Source of the DNA: Spirochaetota bacterium
Lineage (GTDB): Bacteria; Spirochaetota; UBA4802; UBA5550
Length of the DNA stretch: 49,196 bases
Direction: 5' to 3'
Assembly: GCA_050298055.1 (NCBI GenBank)
Contig: JBNKTL010000038.1
Span: 1-49,196, forward strand
Made by a program: the position numbers and the translations under genes. The notes under the pieces were generated by a model that saw nothing but the letters and a program-made list of their open reading frames with translations, made no database searches and was not told the DNA's origin. Below are positions 1-9,871 of this stretch, one piece after another; the stretch's first letter is position 1; each line of letters starts with the position of its first letter.

Positions 1-221
1 TAGTAAATGATTTGAATCATTCAGGAAATAGTGCAAAAAATCTGGATAACTATACAGGAGATTATGTTTATATTTCTAAAATGGTAGGTGGTATTCTCGT
101 ATTTATCACAATGATGGAAACACAAAGCAAAAAAACCTGAAAAAACCTGAGGAAAGCAAATAGTTCGAAATTTTTATCAATATCAGGCATCCGGTTCTTG
201 CTCCGGTATTTCAGTCACGCC

Positions 222-320
222 CTGCTCAGCTGTATGAATAAAATTTTAAAATATGTTCCCGCTGTCCGGGGCAGCGGAGACATATTCCTTCTGTTTTGCT
301 AAAGAGAAATATTTTTAATA
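222..320. repeat. Degenerate copy of a MITE-like element (left end CTGCTCAGCTGT plus internal hairpin)
   Basis: CTGCTCAGCTGT at 222-233 and hairpin AATATGTTCCCGCTG...CAGCGGAGACATATT at 250-286 match the element at 21360-21497; no right end seen. Confidence 0.55.
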
Positions 321-355
321 AAATTACCCTATGCCTAAAAAAATACATTTTTTCC

Positions 356-440
356 TTGACAATTATGTCTCATTGTGTGAAAAATGGGGATAAGTGGGGA
401 TTATTGTTGAAATAGTCCTCAAAGTGGTAGGGAAAGGGTG
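356..440 (+). promoter_or_regulatory. dcw promoter region with MraZ-box-like direct repeats
   Basis: TTGACA at 356-361; TGGGGA (385-390), GTGGGGA (394-400) and GTGG (424-427) lie in 10-bp phase upstream of mraZ, resembling known MraZ TGGG/GTGG repeats. Confidence 0.65.
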
Positions 441-448
441 ATAAAAGC

Positions 449-886
449 ATGTTTATGGGTGAGTACCATCCGAACCTCGACGAGAAGGGAAGGGTGGCAA
501 TTCCGGCAAAACTCAGGAAAGCGTTCAGCGGTAGTGCTGTGATCGATAAGCTCATCATCACTCATGGGTTTGACAGGTGCCTCATGGCCTTCAGGGAAGA
601 GGACTGGAAGGAGTTCATTGAAAAGAAGATTGTTCCCCTGAGCCAGTCAGATCCGAAGAACAGGAATATTATGAGAAGGCTTTTCGGGGGAGCCCATGAG
701 TGTGACCTCGACAAGCAGGGCCGTATCCTTATCCCGTCGTATCTTATCGAGGACGCGGGGATAGAGAAGGATATTACCATACTGGGCCTCTATAAGAGAA
801 TAGAGATCTGGTCCAGTGACATATACGGCGAATACCGGCCCGGTGATGATTCAATAAACATGTTTGCAAGCGACCTGGGGTTCTAA
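449..886 (+). CDS. mraZ: Division/cell wall cluster transcriptional repressor MraZ
   Basis: MFMGEY..LDEKGRVAIP and DLDKQGRILIP duplicated SpoVT-AbrB motifs; first gene of the dcw cluster. Confidence 0.96.
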   Translation: MFMGEYHPNLDEKGRVAIPAKLRKAFSGSAVIDKLIITHGFDRCLMAFREEDWKEFIEKKIVPLSQSDPKNRNIMRRLFGGAHECDLDKQGRILIPSYLIEDAGIEKDITILGLYKRIEIWSSDIYGEYRPGDDSINMFASDLGF

Positions 887-928
887 CCGGGAGTAAGTCT
901 ATTTATGCGGGTAAAGATATAAATTCTA

Positions 929-1897
929 ATGAGACATAATCTTGAAGATGCTTCGGACAATGGCTATGCCCATATACCTGTTTTGTGGAGAGAGATACTT
1001 GATTTTATCAGTGCTTCAGATCATACGGGAAAAGGAAAATGTGTTGACGCCACAGTGGGAGAAGGGGGGCACAGCAGGCTCATCCTTGAAAGCAATCCCC
1101 GTATGGAAATCATCGGTTTTGAGAGGGACCCGGAGATCATGAAGAGGGCAGAGAAGAGACTTGAGGAATATAAAAGCAGGGTGAAAATCCATAACAGAAA
1201 CTTTTCCGGTATGGAAGAAGTCCTCGGAGAGAGTGCGGGGGATATCAGTTGCTTTCTCTTCGATTTTGGAATTTCATCCTACCATATAGATGACAGCGGA
1301 AGGGGATTTGCTTTCAGCAGGGAAGAACCCCTGGATATGAGACTTGACGGAAATACGGGAAATGACGCGGCTTATATTGTGAACAACTATACTGAGAAGC
1401 AGCTTGCGGATCTCATATACAAATTTGGCGAGGAGCGCTGGTCCAGGAAAATTGCGGCCTATATATGCAGGGCCAGAAAAGAAAAACCAATTGAAAAAAC
1501 CGGCGAGCTTTCAAAAATTGTACTCAGCGCAATACCCCGGAGGTTCCATGTAAAGAACATCCATCCAGCCACACGGGTATTCCAGGCGTTGAGAATTGAG
1601 GTCAACAGGGAACTGGAAGCCATTGAGAAGGGACTCTCCGGTGCATGCAGGCTGCTGAAAAAGGGAGGGCTCATCATGGCCATCTCTTTTCATTCTCTTG
1701 AGGACAGGATCGTGAAGACGAAGTTCAGACAATTTGCCCGGGGCTGTACCTGCGGCAATGAACCGGGGCACTGTCTCTGCACCGGGAAACCCTTTGCCAG
1801 GATACTGACAAAAAAGCCCGTGCAGCCCCGGCAGGACGAGATCGATTTTAACAACAGGTCAAGAAGCGCTAAGCTTCGGGTCTGCGAAAAACTTTAA
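929..1897 (+). CDS. rsmH: 16S rRNA m4C1402 methyltransferase RsmH (MraW)
   Basis: HIPVL, DATVGEGGHS, PLDMRL, HPATRVFQALRIEVN, ISFHSLEDRIVK, RSRSAKLR. Confidence 0.97.
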   Translation: MRHNLEDASDNGYAHIPVLWREILDFISASDHTGKGKCVDATVGEGGHSRLILESNPRMEIIGFERDPEIMKRAEKRLEEYKSRVKIHNRNFSGMEEVLGESAGDISCFLFDFGISSYHIDDSGRGFAFSREEPLDMRLDGNTGNDAAYIVNNYTEKQLADLIYKFGEERWSRKIAAYICRARKEKPIEKTGELSKIVLSAIPRRFHVKNIHPATRVFQALRIEVNRELEAIEKGLSGACRLLKKGGLIMAISFHSLEDRIVKTKFRQFARGCTCGNEPGHCLCTGKPFARILTKKPVQPRQDEIDFNNRSRSAKLRVCEKL

Positions 1898-1913
1898 GGA
1901 GAGGAGTGAAGTC

Positions 1914-2195
1914 ATCAAATATTTTGGTACGGCATTTGCTATTGTTGTTTTCGTCATCTTCTCCGTATGGCAGAATATCGAGGTGATGAAAATAAGGATA
2001 GATGTAGAGGGCCTTGAAAGGGCCGAAAGAGAGATTATCAAGAAGAACGACTCCATCCTGTACAGAATTGAAAAGATGAAAAGGATAGATAAGATCAGCA
2101 GTGAGGCGGAAGAGAGAAATATTAAAAAGATCACTCCCGGTGATTTAATCGTCCTGAAGATAAAGAGTAACGGTAATAATGAAAAAAAGAAGTAA
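1914..2195 (+). CDS. ftsL: Cell division protein FtsL-like (single TM plus coiled coil); probable non-canonical ATC start
   Basis: Lies between rsmH and murE. The in-frame hydrophobic segment KYFGTAFAIVVFVIFSVWQN lies upstream of the track start (GTG 1983); GAGGAG RBS 7 nt before ATC 1914. Confidence 0.7.
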   Translation: MKYFGTAFAIVVFVIFSVWQNIEVMKIRIDVEGLERAEREIIKKNDSILYRIEKMKRIDKISSEAEERNIKKITPGDLIVLKIKSNGNNEKKK

Positions 2196-2196
2196 C

Positions 2197-3705
2197 ATGA
2201 AAGCATCATGGCTTGTTGAAGCCGCAGGCGGATTGTTGAAACTTATCCGGGGTGACGACCGGGTTGAGTTTACCTCCGTTGAATACGATTCCCGGAAGGT
2301 CTGTAAGGGGAGCCTCTTTGTGGCCGTGGAAGGATACGAGACCGACGGCCACAGCTTCATCAGAAAGGCTGTTGATGCCGGGGCGGCTGCCCTCATCATA
2401 TCCGAAAACCGGGTAGATGAATTTCATGAATCCGATTACCCGGAAATTGTGCTCATGTCTGCCGAAAGCACCCGGAAAGCCCTCTCCAGGGTCTCATCTC
2501 TCTATTACGGAAATCCTTCTTCGGAGATGACCGTGATCGGAATAACCGGGACAAACGGCAAGACCTCAATTACCTATATGATTGAATCCGTGCTGAAACA
2601 TGCGGGCCGTGTGCCCGGTGTGATCGGCACCATTAACTACAGGTGGAAGGACACACTGCGCAGGGCCGATAACACCACACCCGAATCAAAAGACCTCCAG
2701 GAGGTCCTTGCTGAGATGCGAGATGACAACGTTGAGGTTGCAGTCATGGAGGTCTCCTCCCACGGCCTTTTCCTCAACAGGGCCGATGACATTGAGTTTG
2801 ACGCCGCAGTCTTTACCAACCTGACCCGGGACCACCTGGATTTTCATTCGGACTTCGAAGACTATTTTAACGCGAAGATGATACTCTTTCAACTGTTGGA
2901 GAAGAGCAGCAAGAAGAAGAGGGTGGCAGTGATAAATATCGACGACGAATATGGGAGGAGAATAGCAGAGGCCTCAAAGGAGTTCTCCTTCTCAACAAGG
3001 ACACTGGGGTTCAATGAAAAAGCGGACTTTCGCCCCGATCCCGAAAGTGTTGTGAACAGGATAACCGGCCTCTCCTATATTCTGGAGAGTCCCGAGAAGG
3101 GTCTTGAAGTCAACCTTTCCCTCTCGGGGAAATTCCATATATACAACTCTCTTACCGCAGCGGCAGTTCTCTCTTCAACCGGGTACTCATTTCCCGCCAT
3201 ACAGGAGGGGCTTCGGGAGCTTAAAACCGTACCCGGCAGGTTTGATGTTCTGGACTCCGGTTCCGGTTTTTATGTTATTGTGGATTACGCGCACACAAGC
3301 GATGCCCTGCTGAAGCTCCTGACCTCGGTAAATGAACTCAAGCCCCGGAGGCTTATCACGGTATTCGGCTGCGGAGGAGACAGGGACAGGACAAAGAGAC
3401 CGGAGATGGGACGGATCGCCGTGGAGAACTCTGACATGGTCATCGTTACAAGTGACAATCCCCGGACAGAGAAGCCGGAAAGTATCATTGAAGATATCAC
3501 CGTCGGACTCCGGGAGGGGGCTTACCGTGTGGTTGTAGAGAGGGAAACGGCAATAAGGGAAGCGGTGTCAATGGCCGGGAACGGCGATATTGTGGTCATT
3601 GCCGGCAAGGGCCATGAGGATTACCAGATAATCGGCAAAACAAAGATCCACTTTGATGACAGGGAACTTGCCGCGAAATACCTTGCGGAGAAGAGAGCGG
3701 GATGA
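2197..3705 (+). CDS. murE: UDP-MurNAc-dipeptide--meso-DAP ligase MurE
   Basis: GITGTNGKTS, NTTPES, MEVSSHG, FTNLTRDHLDFH, VDYAHT, SDNPR, AGKGHEDYQ; ATG 2197 (just after the ftsL stop) preferred over 2179. Confidence 0.96.
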   Translation: MKASWLVEAAGGLLKLIRGDDRVEFTSVEYDSRKVCKGSLFVAVEGYETDGHSFIRKAVDAGAAALIISENRVDEFHESDYPEIVLMSAESTRKALSRVSSLYYGNPSSEMTVIGITGTNGKTSITYMIESVLKHAGRVPGVIGTINYRWKDTLRRADNTTPESKDLQEVLAEMRDDNVEVAVMEVSSHGLFLNRADDIEFDAAVFTNLTRDHLDFHSDFEDYFNAKMILFQLLEKSSKKKRVAVINIDDEYGRRIAEASKEFSFSTRTLGFNEKADFRPDPESVVNRITGLSYILESPEKGLEVNLSLSGKFHIYNSLTAAAVLSSTGYSFPAIQEGLRELKTVPGRFDVLDSGSGFYVIVDYAHTSDALLKLLTSVNELKPRRLITVFGCGGDRDRTKRPEMGRIAVENSDMVIVTSDNPRTEKPESIIEDITVGLREGAYRVVVERETAIREAVSMAGNGDIVVIAGKGHEDYQIIGKTKIHFDDRELAAKYLAEKRAG

Positions 3706-5096
3706 TCGTTGAATTCAGATCGGACATCGGTTCCATTGCGGATATATGCGGGGGAGAACTCCTCGCGGGAAGACCGGAATCTGTCATCGAGACCATAACA
3801 TCCGACTCCCGGGAGCTTGGCCGAAAAAACCTCTTTGTCCCCCTGGAAGGGGAGAGATTTGACGGTCATAAATTTATCCGGCCGCTTGCGGAGAAGGGGA
3901 GCATCGACTGCTACCTGACCATGAAGGAGACCGGCGGAGTGATGGCGGAATATCCGGATACGGGATGCATTAAATGTGATGACACGCTCACTGCCCTGGG
4001 ACGGCTCGGGGCATTCAGGAGAGATGAAGTCAACCCGAGGATTGTGGGGATCACGGGGACCAACGGGAAGACAACCGTTAAAGAACTTATCTCCGCGATT
4101 TCAGCGGGACGTTTCGAAACACTGAAAAACGAAAAAAATTATAATAATGAGATCGGGGTCCCCTTTACCCTTTTAAACCTGAGGGAAAACCATGAGGTGG
4201 CTGTCATCGAGATGGGAATGAACCACCCGGGTGAGATCGGCAGACTGGCCGGGATGACGCGTCCCGACGCTGCCGTAATAACCAGTATCGGTGAAGGACA
4301 CCTTGAGTTCCTGGGGAGCACTGAAGGTGTTGCCCTGTCCAAGATTGAGATCCTCCGGGGAATGGAGGAGGGTTCGCAGCTTTTCCTCAACAGTGATTCT
4401 CTTCACCTTGATCTTTTGAGGAGAAGAGCCGAAGAGAAGGGGGTCCGGGTAAAGACCTTTGGGATTGACAGGAAGGCGGATTACATGCCGGAAACATATT
4501 CCCTTTCCGGTGAGGGTGTACGGCTCCGGTTTATGGGTGAAGAGATCACGGTGCCTCTTTACGGGGTCCATAACCTCTCAAATATTATGGCCGCCCTGGC
4601 TGTCTCCCTCTGGCTCGGTATAGACGTTCCTTCTGCGGGAAAGGCCCTTGCGGGTTTTGAGAACGTGGGGGGGAGAAGCCAGGTTATCAATCTCAGATTT
4701 ACCCTGATAGATGATACCTATAATTCAAATCCCCTCTCATCACGGAGCGCCCTGGAATCAGTAAGCAGGACCTGGCCCCGCAGGCGAAAGATCGCGGTCC
4801 TTTCAGACATGAAGGAACTTGGTGAAGAGTCAGCGGCACTGCACCGGGAAACGGGAAATTTTGCGGCCCAAAAAGGATTTGATCTCCTGCTGGTCTGGGG
4901 GGAGATGTCAGCCTCCTACAGAGAGGGCGCCCTTGAAGCGGGTATGGAAGATGAAAGTGTAATTGTTTTCGAGAGCAAAGAGGAGCTGTCAGACCGCCTC
5001 AACTCCATGCTGAGAGATAAGGATGTTGTCCTGGTCAAGGGTTCCCGGTCAATGAAGATGGAAGATGTTGTAAATTCACTTAAGGAAAGAGCGTAG
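3702..5096 (+). CDS. murF: UDP-MurNAc-tripeptide--D-Ala-D-Ala ligase MurF
   Basis: GITGTNGKTTVKE, NYNNEIGVP, EMGMNHPGEI, DDTYNSNP, LVKGSRSMKME; ATGA overlap with murE. Confidence 0.96.
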   Translation: MIVEFRSDIGSIADICGGELLAGRPESVIETITSDSRELGRKNLFVPLEGERFDGHKFIRPLAEKGSIDCYLTMKETGGVMAEYPDTGCIKCDDTLTALGRLGAFRRDEVNPRIVGITGTNGKTTVKELISAISAGRFETLKNEKNYNNEIGVPFTLLNLRENHEVAVIEMGMNHPGEIGRLAGMTRPDAAVITSIGEGHLEFLGSTEGVALSKIEILRGMEEGSQLFLNSDSLHLDLLRRRAEEKGVRVKTFGIDRKADYMPETYSLSGEGVRLRFMGEEITVPLYGVHNLSNIMAALAVSLWLGIDVPSAGKALAGFENVGGRSQVINLRFTLIDDTYNSNPLSSRSALESVSRTWPRRRKIAVLSDMKELGEESAALHRETGNFAAQKGFDLLLVWGEMSASYREGALEAGMEDESVIVFESKEELSDRLNSMLRDKDVVLVKGSRSMKMEDVVNSLKERA

Positions 5097-5112
5097 TTTA
5101 AAGGACACGAAT

Positions 5113-6198
5113 ATGTTTTATCATTTTATACTGCCATTAAAGGAATATGTTTCGTTTTTGAGACTCTTCCAGTATATAACCTTCAGGTCGGCTTACGCGG
5201 CCCTTACGGCCCTTCTCTTTGTCCTGATCTTCGGGAAGGTCCTTATTCTCCTTCTCCAGAAAATAAAGTTCAGGGAGGAGATCAGGGAGCTGGGCCCGGA
5301 GAGCCACCAGGCAAAGGCGGGGACCCCCACAATGGGAGGTATTATTATCCTGGGATCAATCATCACATCTACGATCCTCTGGGGCAACTTCAACAGCTTT
5401 TACCTCATCCTTCTGCTGGGGGCCACTTTTCTCCTGGGGCTTCTCGGTTTTATTGATGACTACATTAAAGCCGTTAAGAAAAAAAAGGACGGTCTTCCCG
5501 CGAGGGCCAAGCTCGTTTCACAGATTGCAATAGCAACGGCAGTCTCAGTGGCAATATTCATCTACCCTTCCAGCGCGGAGCAGGCTTCAAAGCTCTATGT
5601 CCCTTTCATGAATGAAGCCCTGGCAGACCTGGGCTGGGCATCGGTTCTCTTTGCCGTTATTGTCATCATCGGGACTTCAAATGCGGTCAACCTGACGGAC
5701 GGTCTTGACGGCCTGGCAATAGGATCGGTCCTGATCGTTGCGGTGAGCCTGGGTATCATGTCATATCTTACCGGGCACATGAAGATAGCGGAATACCTCC
5801 GGATACCCTATATCCCTGACGGTGCCGAGCTCACGGTCTTTATATCCGCCCTGATCGGCGCGTCACTGGGCTTCCTCTGGTTTAACAGTAATCCCGCATC
5901 GGTGTTCATGGGGGACACGGGGTCCCTTGCCCTGGGAGGGATAATCGGGATCGTTGCCGTTATGATAAAGAAGGAGATCTTTCTCTTCATTGTGGGAGGA
6001 GTATTCGTGCTGGAAGCAGTGTCAGTGATCCTGCAGGTGGTATCATACAAGCTCAGGAAAAAGAGAATATTCAGGATGGCGCCCATACACCACCACTTCG
6101 AACTTTCCGGCTGGCCGGAACAGAAGGTGGTGGTGAGAATGTGGATACTGGGACTGATACTGGCCATACTGGGACTCAGTTCATTAAAGATATTGTAG
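5113..6198 (+). CDS. mraY: Phospho-N-acetylmuramoyl-pentapeptide transferase MraY
   Basis: KAGTPTMGG, NAVNLTDGLDGLA, FMGDTGSLALG, MAPIHHHFEL; polytopic membrane protein. Confidence 0.97.
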   Translation: MFYHFILPLKEYVSFLRLFQYITFRSAYAALTALLFVLIFGKVLILLLQKIKFREEIRELGPESHQAKAGTPTMGGIIILGSIITSTILWGNFNSFYLILLLGATFLLGLLGFIDDYIKAVKKKKDGLPARAKLVSQIAIATAVSVAIFIYPSSAEQASKLYVPFMNEALADLGWASVLFAVIVIIGTSNAVNLTDGLDGLAIGSVLIVAVSLGIMSYLTGHMKIAEYLRIPYIPDGAELTVFISALIGASLGFLWFNSNPASVFMGDTGSLALGGIIGIVAVMIKKEIFLFIVGGVFVLEAVSVILQVVSYKLRKKRIFRMAPIHHHFELSGWPEQKVVVRMWILGLILAILGLSSLKIL

Positions 6199-6219
6199 AG
6201 AGGGAAAAGAGCGGTTTAA

Positions 6220-7608
6220 ATGAACATAGCTGATATACATAAGGCTCTTGTTGTGGGACTGGGAGAAAGGACCGGGCTCACCGTTTCAAACTTCCTCCGG
6301 GAGAGGGGTGTGGACACCTTTGTCTCTGACGCTAAGAGCGAGAGTGAACTCTCCGGGACCATCTCCCGGTTGAAACCGGGAATAAAACTTCTCCTGGGCC
6401 GCCAGGAACCGGAAATCCTCCGGGAAGAGTTTGACGCCATCATACTGAGTCCCGGTGTTCCCGTAAGCATACCTCTCATCGTTGAGGCCAACAGGAGAAA
6501 TATCCCGGTCATCTCGGAGATCGAACTGGCATACGGGTTCATTAAGGGAAAGATCATTGCCATTACCGGAACAGACGGGAAGACCACAACCACCTCCCTC
6601 ACCGGTCATATACTGAAAAGCCTGGGCCATAAGACCTTTGTGGGAGGAAACATCGGGACCCCGGTCCTCTCCTTCGCCGGGGAGACAGACCGGTCTTCTT
6701 TCACGGTCATGGAGCTCTCATCATTTCAGCTTGAGACCATCAGGGAGTTCAGGCCCCACGTGGCATCAATCCTCAATGTGACCCCCGATCATATGGACAG
6801 GTATGATGATATGGAGGATTACTACAACACGAAGCTCCGCATAGCCATGAACCAGGAGAAAAGCGATACATACATCTACAACCTGGATGATACCATCTCA
6901 ACAGAGGGCCACCATCACCTTGAATCGGAGAAGCTCTGTTTTTCCCTGGAGAAACAAGAAGCCGACGCCTGGTACAGTGACGGGTTCATCTTTCTCCGGG
7001 AAGGGAAAAAAAGCATTAACCTCCTGGAAACAGGGAGGCTGCAGATACTGGGCGTCCATAACATCCAGAACACCCTTGCCGCGCTTCTCATGGTCAAAGC
7101 GGCCCTTGAGAAAAGCGGTCTTGAGCCGTCTTACACTGCAATAGCAGAAGCCTGTTATGCGTTTCCTCCCCTTGAGCACAGGATGGAGAGAATCGGGGAG
7201 TATAAGGGACGGATATTTATAAACGATTCCAAGGCCACAACAGTGGGAGCGGTGGAAATGGCCCTCCGGAGTCTTCCCGGGAAGGGTGTGATCATTCTGG
7301 GGGGAAGGTCCAAGGGTGACGATTATTCACGGCTCGCGAATACCCTGAGGGGAAGAATCAGCGGCATGGTGCTCATGGGTGAGACCAGGGAGGAGTTCAC
7401 GGGACTTTTCGATGAATTCGAACCGGTTTGCGTGGAGGACATGGACCGGGCTGTTGCGGAAGCAATGAGGCTCAGCAGTGAGAATGAAGTTATCCTTCTC
7501 TCCCCGGGGTGTGCCTCATTTGATATGTTCAGGAACTATGAAGTCCGGGGAGAAGAATTCAGGAAATCTTTTGAGAGGATCAGCAGAGGGGAGATAGCGT
7601 GGACCTGA
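6220..7608 (+). CDS. murD: UDP-MurNAc-L-Ala--D-Glu ligase MurD
   Basis: LSPGVP, ITGTDGKTTTT, GGNIG, ELSSFQLE, NDSKAT, LSPGCASFDMF. Confidence 0.96.
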   Translation: MNIADIHKALVVGLGERTGLTVSNFLRERGVDTFVSDAKSESELSGTISRLKPGIKLLLGRQEPEILREEFDAIILSPGVPVSIPLIVEANRRNIPVISEIELAYGFIKGKIIAITGTDGKTTTTSLTGHILKSLGHKTFVGGNIGTPVLSFAGETDRSSFTVMELSSFQLETIREFRPHVASILNVTPDHMDRYDDMEDYYNTKLRIAMNQEKSDTYIYNLDDTISTEGHHHLESEKLCFSLEKQEADAWYSDGFIFLREGKKSINLLETGRLQILGVHNIQNTLAALLMVKAALEKSGLEPSYTAIAEACYAFPPLEHRMERIGEYKGRIFINDSKATTVGAVEMALRSLPGKGVIILGGRSKGDDYSRLANTLRGRISGMVLMGETREEFTGLFDEFEPVCVEDMDRAVAEAMRLSSENEVILLSPGCASFDMFRNYEVRGEEFRKSFERISRGEIAWT

Positions 7609-8753
7609 AATCGGTTATAGATACACGGAGAAAAAATGATCCGGACCTGACCCTCTTTGTCACGGTCTTCCTGCTGGCAGGGATCGGGCTGGCCATGAGT
7701 TACAGCGCCAGCGCCGTCTACGCGTACAGGGTTTTTGGTGACTCATTCTATTTCCTCAAGCGCCAGCTCCTCTGGTTTTCCATTGGTTTTATCGCACTTC
7801 TCATATTCCAGGAGATAGACTACCGGGTCTACAAAAAGTTCACCAGGCTTTTACTGCTGTGCTCATTTCTCCTCCTTGCCATTGTACTGATCCCGGGAGT
7901 GGGAAAAAGCGTAAAGGGGTCCGCCCGGTGGATCAGCCTGGGGGGATTTTCCCTCCAGCCGTCGGAGTTTATCAAGGTTTTCGTGGTCATCTACCTGGTG
8001 AAGATATTTTCACAGGAGAGAAGGGAAAACTATGTGGCCCGGCTCCTGGTTCCGGTACTGATTACCGCAGTGATCTTTGTCCTTATCCTCATGCAGCCCG
8101 ATTTCGGGACCGCGGTTGATCTTCTCATCGTGACGGTCTTTATCCTCTTCGTATCCGGCTTCCCCCTGCTTTATATACTGGGGCTTTTTGTTGTGAGTAT
8201 ACCGATGTTTTACCTGTTGATCTACCAGGTGGATTACCGGAAGGAGAGGATCCTGGCCTATTTAAATCCCTGGGAAGACAGGTACGGTATCGGATACCAT
8301 ATCCTTCAGTCGTTTATCGCCTTCAAGAAAGGGGGCTTTTTCGGTTTGGGTCTGGGTAACGGAACACAGAAGATTGCACGGCTTCCGGAACCGCATACCG
8401 ATTTTATCTTTGCGGTCATCGCGGAAGAGGTGGGAATTATCGGAACACTTGTTGTTATCATACTCTTTTTTATGGTTTTCTGGAGGGGGATCGTTATCTC
8501 TGCCGGTGCACCGGACCGGTTCGGAAGGCTTCTTGCAATCGGACTGAGCATGCTGATTATCGTTCAGGCCTATATAAACATAGCCGTTGCAAGCGGGAGC
8601 CTTCCCACAACGGGCATAACCCTTCCCTTTATCAGCTACGGGGGGTCTTCCCTGGTATCGAGCATGGCGGCAGCGGGGATTCTTCTGAACATCTCACGGT
8701 ACAGGGAGACTGTTATGCATGGAACAAAGATGGGGGAGGAAGTATGGCAGTAG
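7599..8753 (+). CDS. ftsW: Peptidoglycan glycosyltransferase FtsW (SEDS family)
   Basis: RWI..GFSLQPSEF, QPDFGT, LPEPHTDFIFAVIAEE, TGITLPFISYGGSS; GTG start. Confidence 0.96.
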   Translation: MDLKSVIDTRRKNDPDLTLFVTVFLLAGIGLAMSYSASAVYAYRVFGDSFYFLKRQLLWFSIGFIALLIFQEIDYRVYKKFTRLLLLCSFLLLAIVLIPGVGKSVKGSARWISLGGFSLQPSEFIKVFVVIYLVKIFSQERRENYVARLLVPVLITAVIFVLILMQPDFGTAVDLLIVTVFILFVSGFPLLYILGLFVVSIPMFYLLIYQVDYRKERILAYLNPWEDRYGIGYHILQSFIAFKKGGFFGLGLGNGTQKIARLPEPHTDFIFAVIAEEVGIIGTLVVIILFFMVFWRGIVISAGAPDRFGRLLAIGLSMLIIVQAYINIAVASGSLPTTGITLPFISYGGSSLVSSMAAAGILLNISRYRETVMHGTKMGEEVWQ

Positions 8754-9871
8754 AAGGATGCAGGGTCCTCATCATAGGCGGCGGTACAGGAGGGCATATC
8801 AGCCCCGGAATAGCCCTCTACCATGAATTTATCCGGAAAGGCGCCCGGGCTTTTTTTCTTACGGGAACCAGGGACAGGAGATTTTCCCTCCTTGAAAGTA
8901 TCAGGGAAGATGAGCTGTTTCTCTACAGGGCGCCGGCACTTACCCGGAACATCCTCAAGATGCCGCTTTTTCTCCTGCTTTTCAGTGCGGCAGTTTTCAG
9001 GGCAAGGAGAATTATGAACAAAATGAATATAAATGCTGTTGTGGGGATGGGGGGATATGTATCGGCACCCGCGCTCCTTGCTGCAAGAATGCTGAAACTG
9101 CCCCTTTATCTCTGCGAGCAGAACTCGGTCCCGGGAAAGGTAACCCTTCTCTTCGAGAAGTATTCAAAGAGGGTATTCGGGACCTTTGATGTTTCCAAAA
9201 ACTATATTAAATTTCCGGAAAGATATCTGCCGGCGGGGAACCCGGTGAGAAGGGAACTCCTTGAGGAGGTCAGCAGGACCGAGGCAAAGAAGGCATTTCA
9301 CCTCAGCCACGCGGGAAAGATCATCCTCCTCATCGGGGGCAGCCAGGGCGCGAAAAGGCTCAACGAACTTATCCTCTGCCTGAAAAAAGAATATCCCCAG
9401 GACTTTGAAGACACGGGTATCATCTGGAGTACGGGAAGCCTTTCCTATGATAAACTGAAAGAGCTTGTCCACAGTGAAATGGATGAGGGATCAATTTATC
9501 TCTCGCCCTATATTAAGGATGTGGGAAAAGCCTACAGGGCGGCTGATATTGCCATCAGCAGGGCAGGGGCCGGTGTTATGATGGAGCTGGCGGCAACGGG
9601 AATACCCTCGATCCTGGTCCCCTATCCCTTTGCCGCTTCAAACCACCAGGAGATAAACGCCGATGAATTTGTCAGGGCGGGAGCGGCCGTGAAGATACTT
9701 GACAGTGACGCCGTGGCGGAAAAAGTCGCACCTGTTCTCAGGGAGCTCCTGGGGAACCGGAGAAACCTCGGCAGGATGTCAGAAAAAGCATCGGCCGTTT
9801 CACGGAAAAATGCCGCGGAAATAATCGTAAAAGAAATAATGGAGGCGGGAGCTTGTTCAGAAAGTCAATAA
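8744..9871 (+). CDS. murG: Undecaprenyl-PP-MurNAc-pentapeptide GlcNAc transferase MurG
   Basis: GGGTGGH, GGYVS, EQNSVPG, GNPVR, GGSQGA, SRAGA, HQEINA. Confidence 0.96.
   Translation: MAVEGCRVLIIGGGTGGHISPGIALYHEFIRKGARAFFLTGTRDRRFSLLESIREDELFLYRAPALTRNILKMPLFLLLFSAAVFRARRIMNKMNINAVVGMGGYVSAPALLAARMLKLPLYLCEQNSVPGKVTLLFEKYSKRVFGTFDVSKNYIKFPERYLPAGNPVRRELLEEVSRTEAKKAFHLSHAGKIILLIGGSQGAKRLNELILCLKKEYPQDFEDTGIIWSTGSLSYDKLKELVHSEMDEGSIYLSPYIKDVGKAYRAADIAISRAGAGVMMELAATGIPSILVPYPFAASNHQEINADEFVRAGAAVKILDSDAVAEKVAPVLRELLGNRRNLGRMSEKASAVSRKNAAEIIVKEIMEAGACSESQ

Noticed and set aside
3..163. Possible 3' end of an upstream gene (frame open 3-140; another frame reads GRWYSRIYHNDG to 163) and a 10-bp duplication AAAAAACCTG
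   Set aside because: Too short, no recognisable motif; cannot distinguish a gene end, a frameshifted remnant or non-coding DNA
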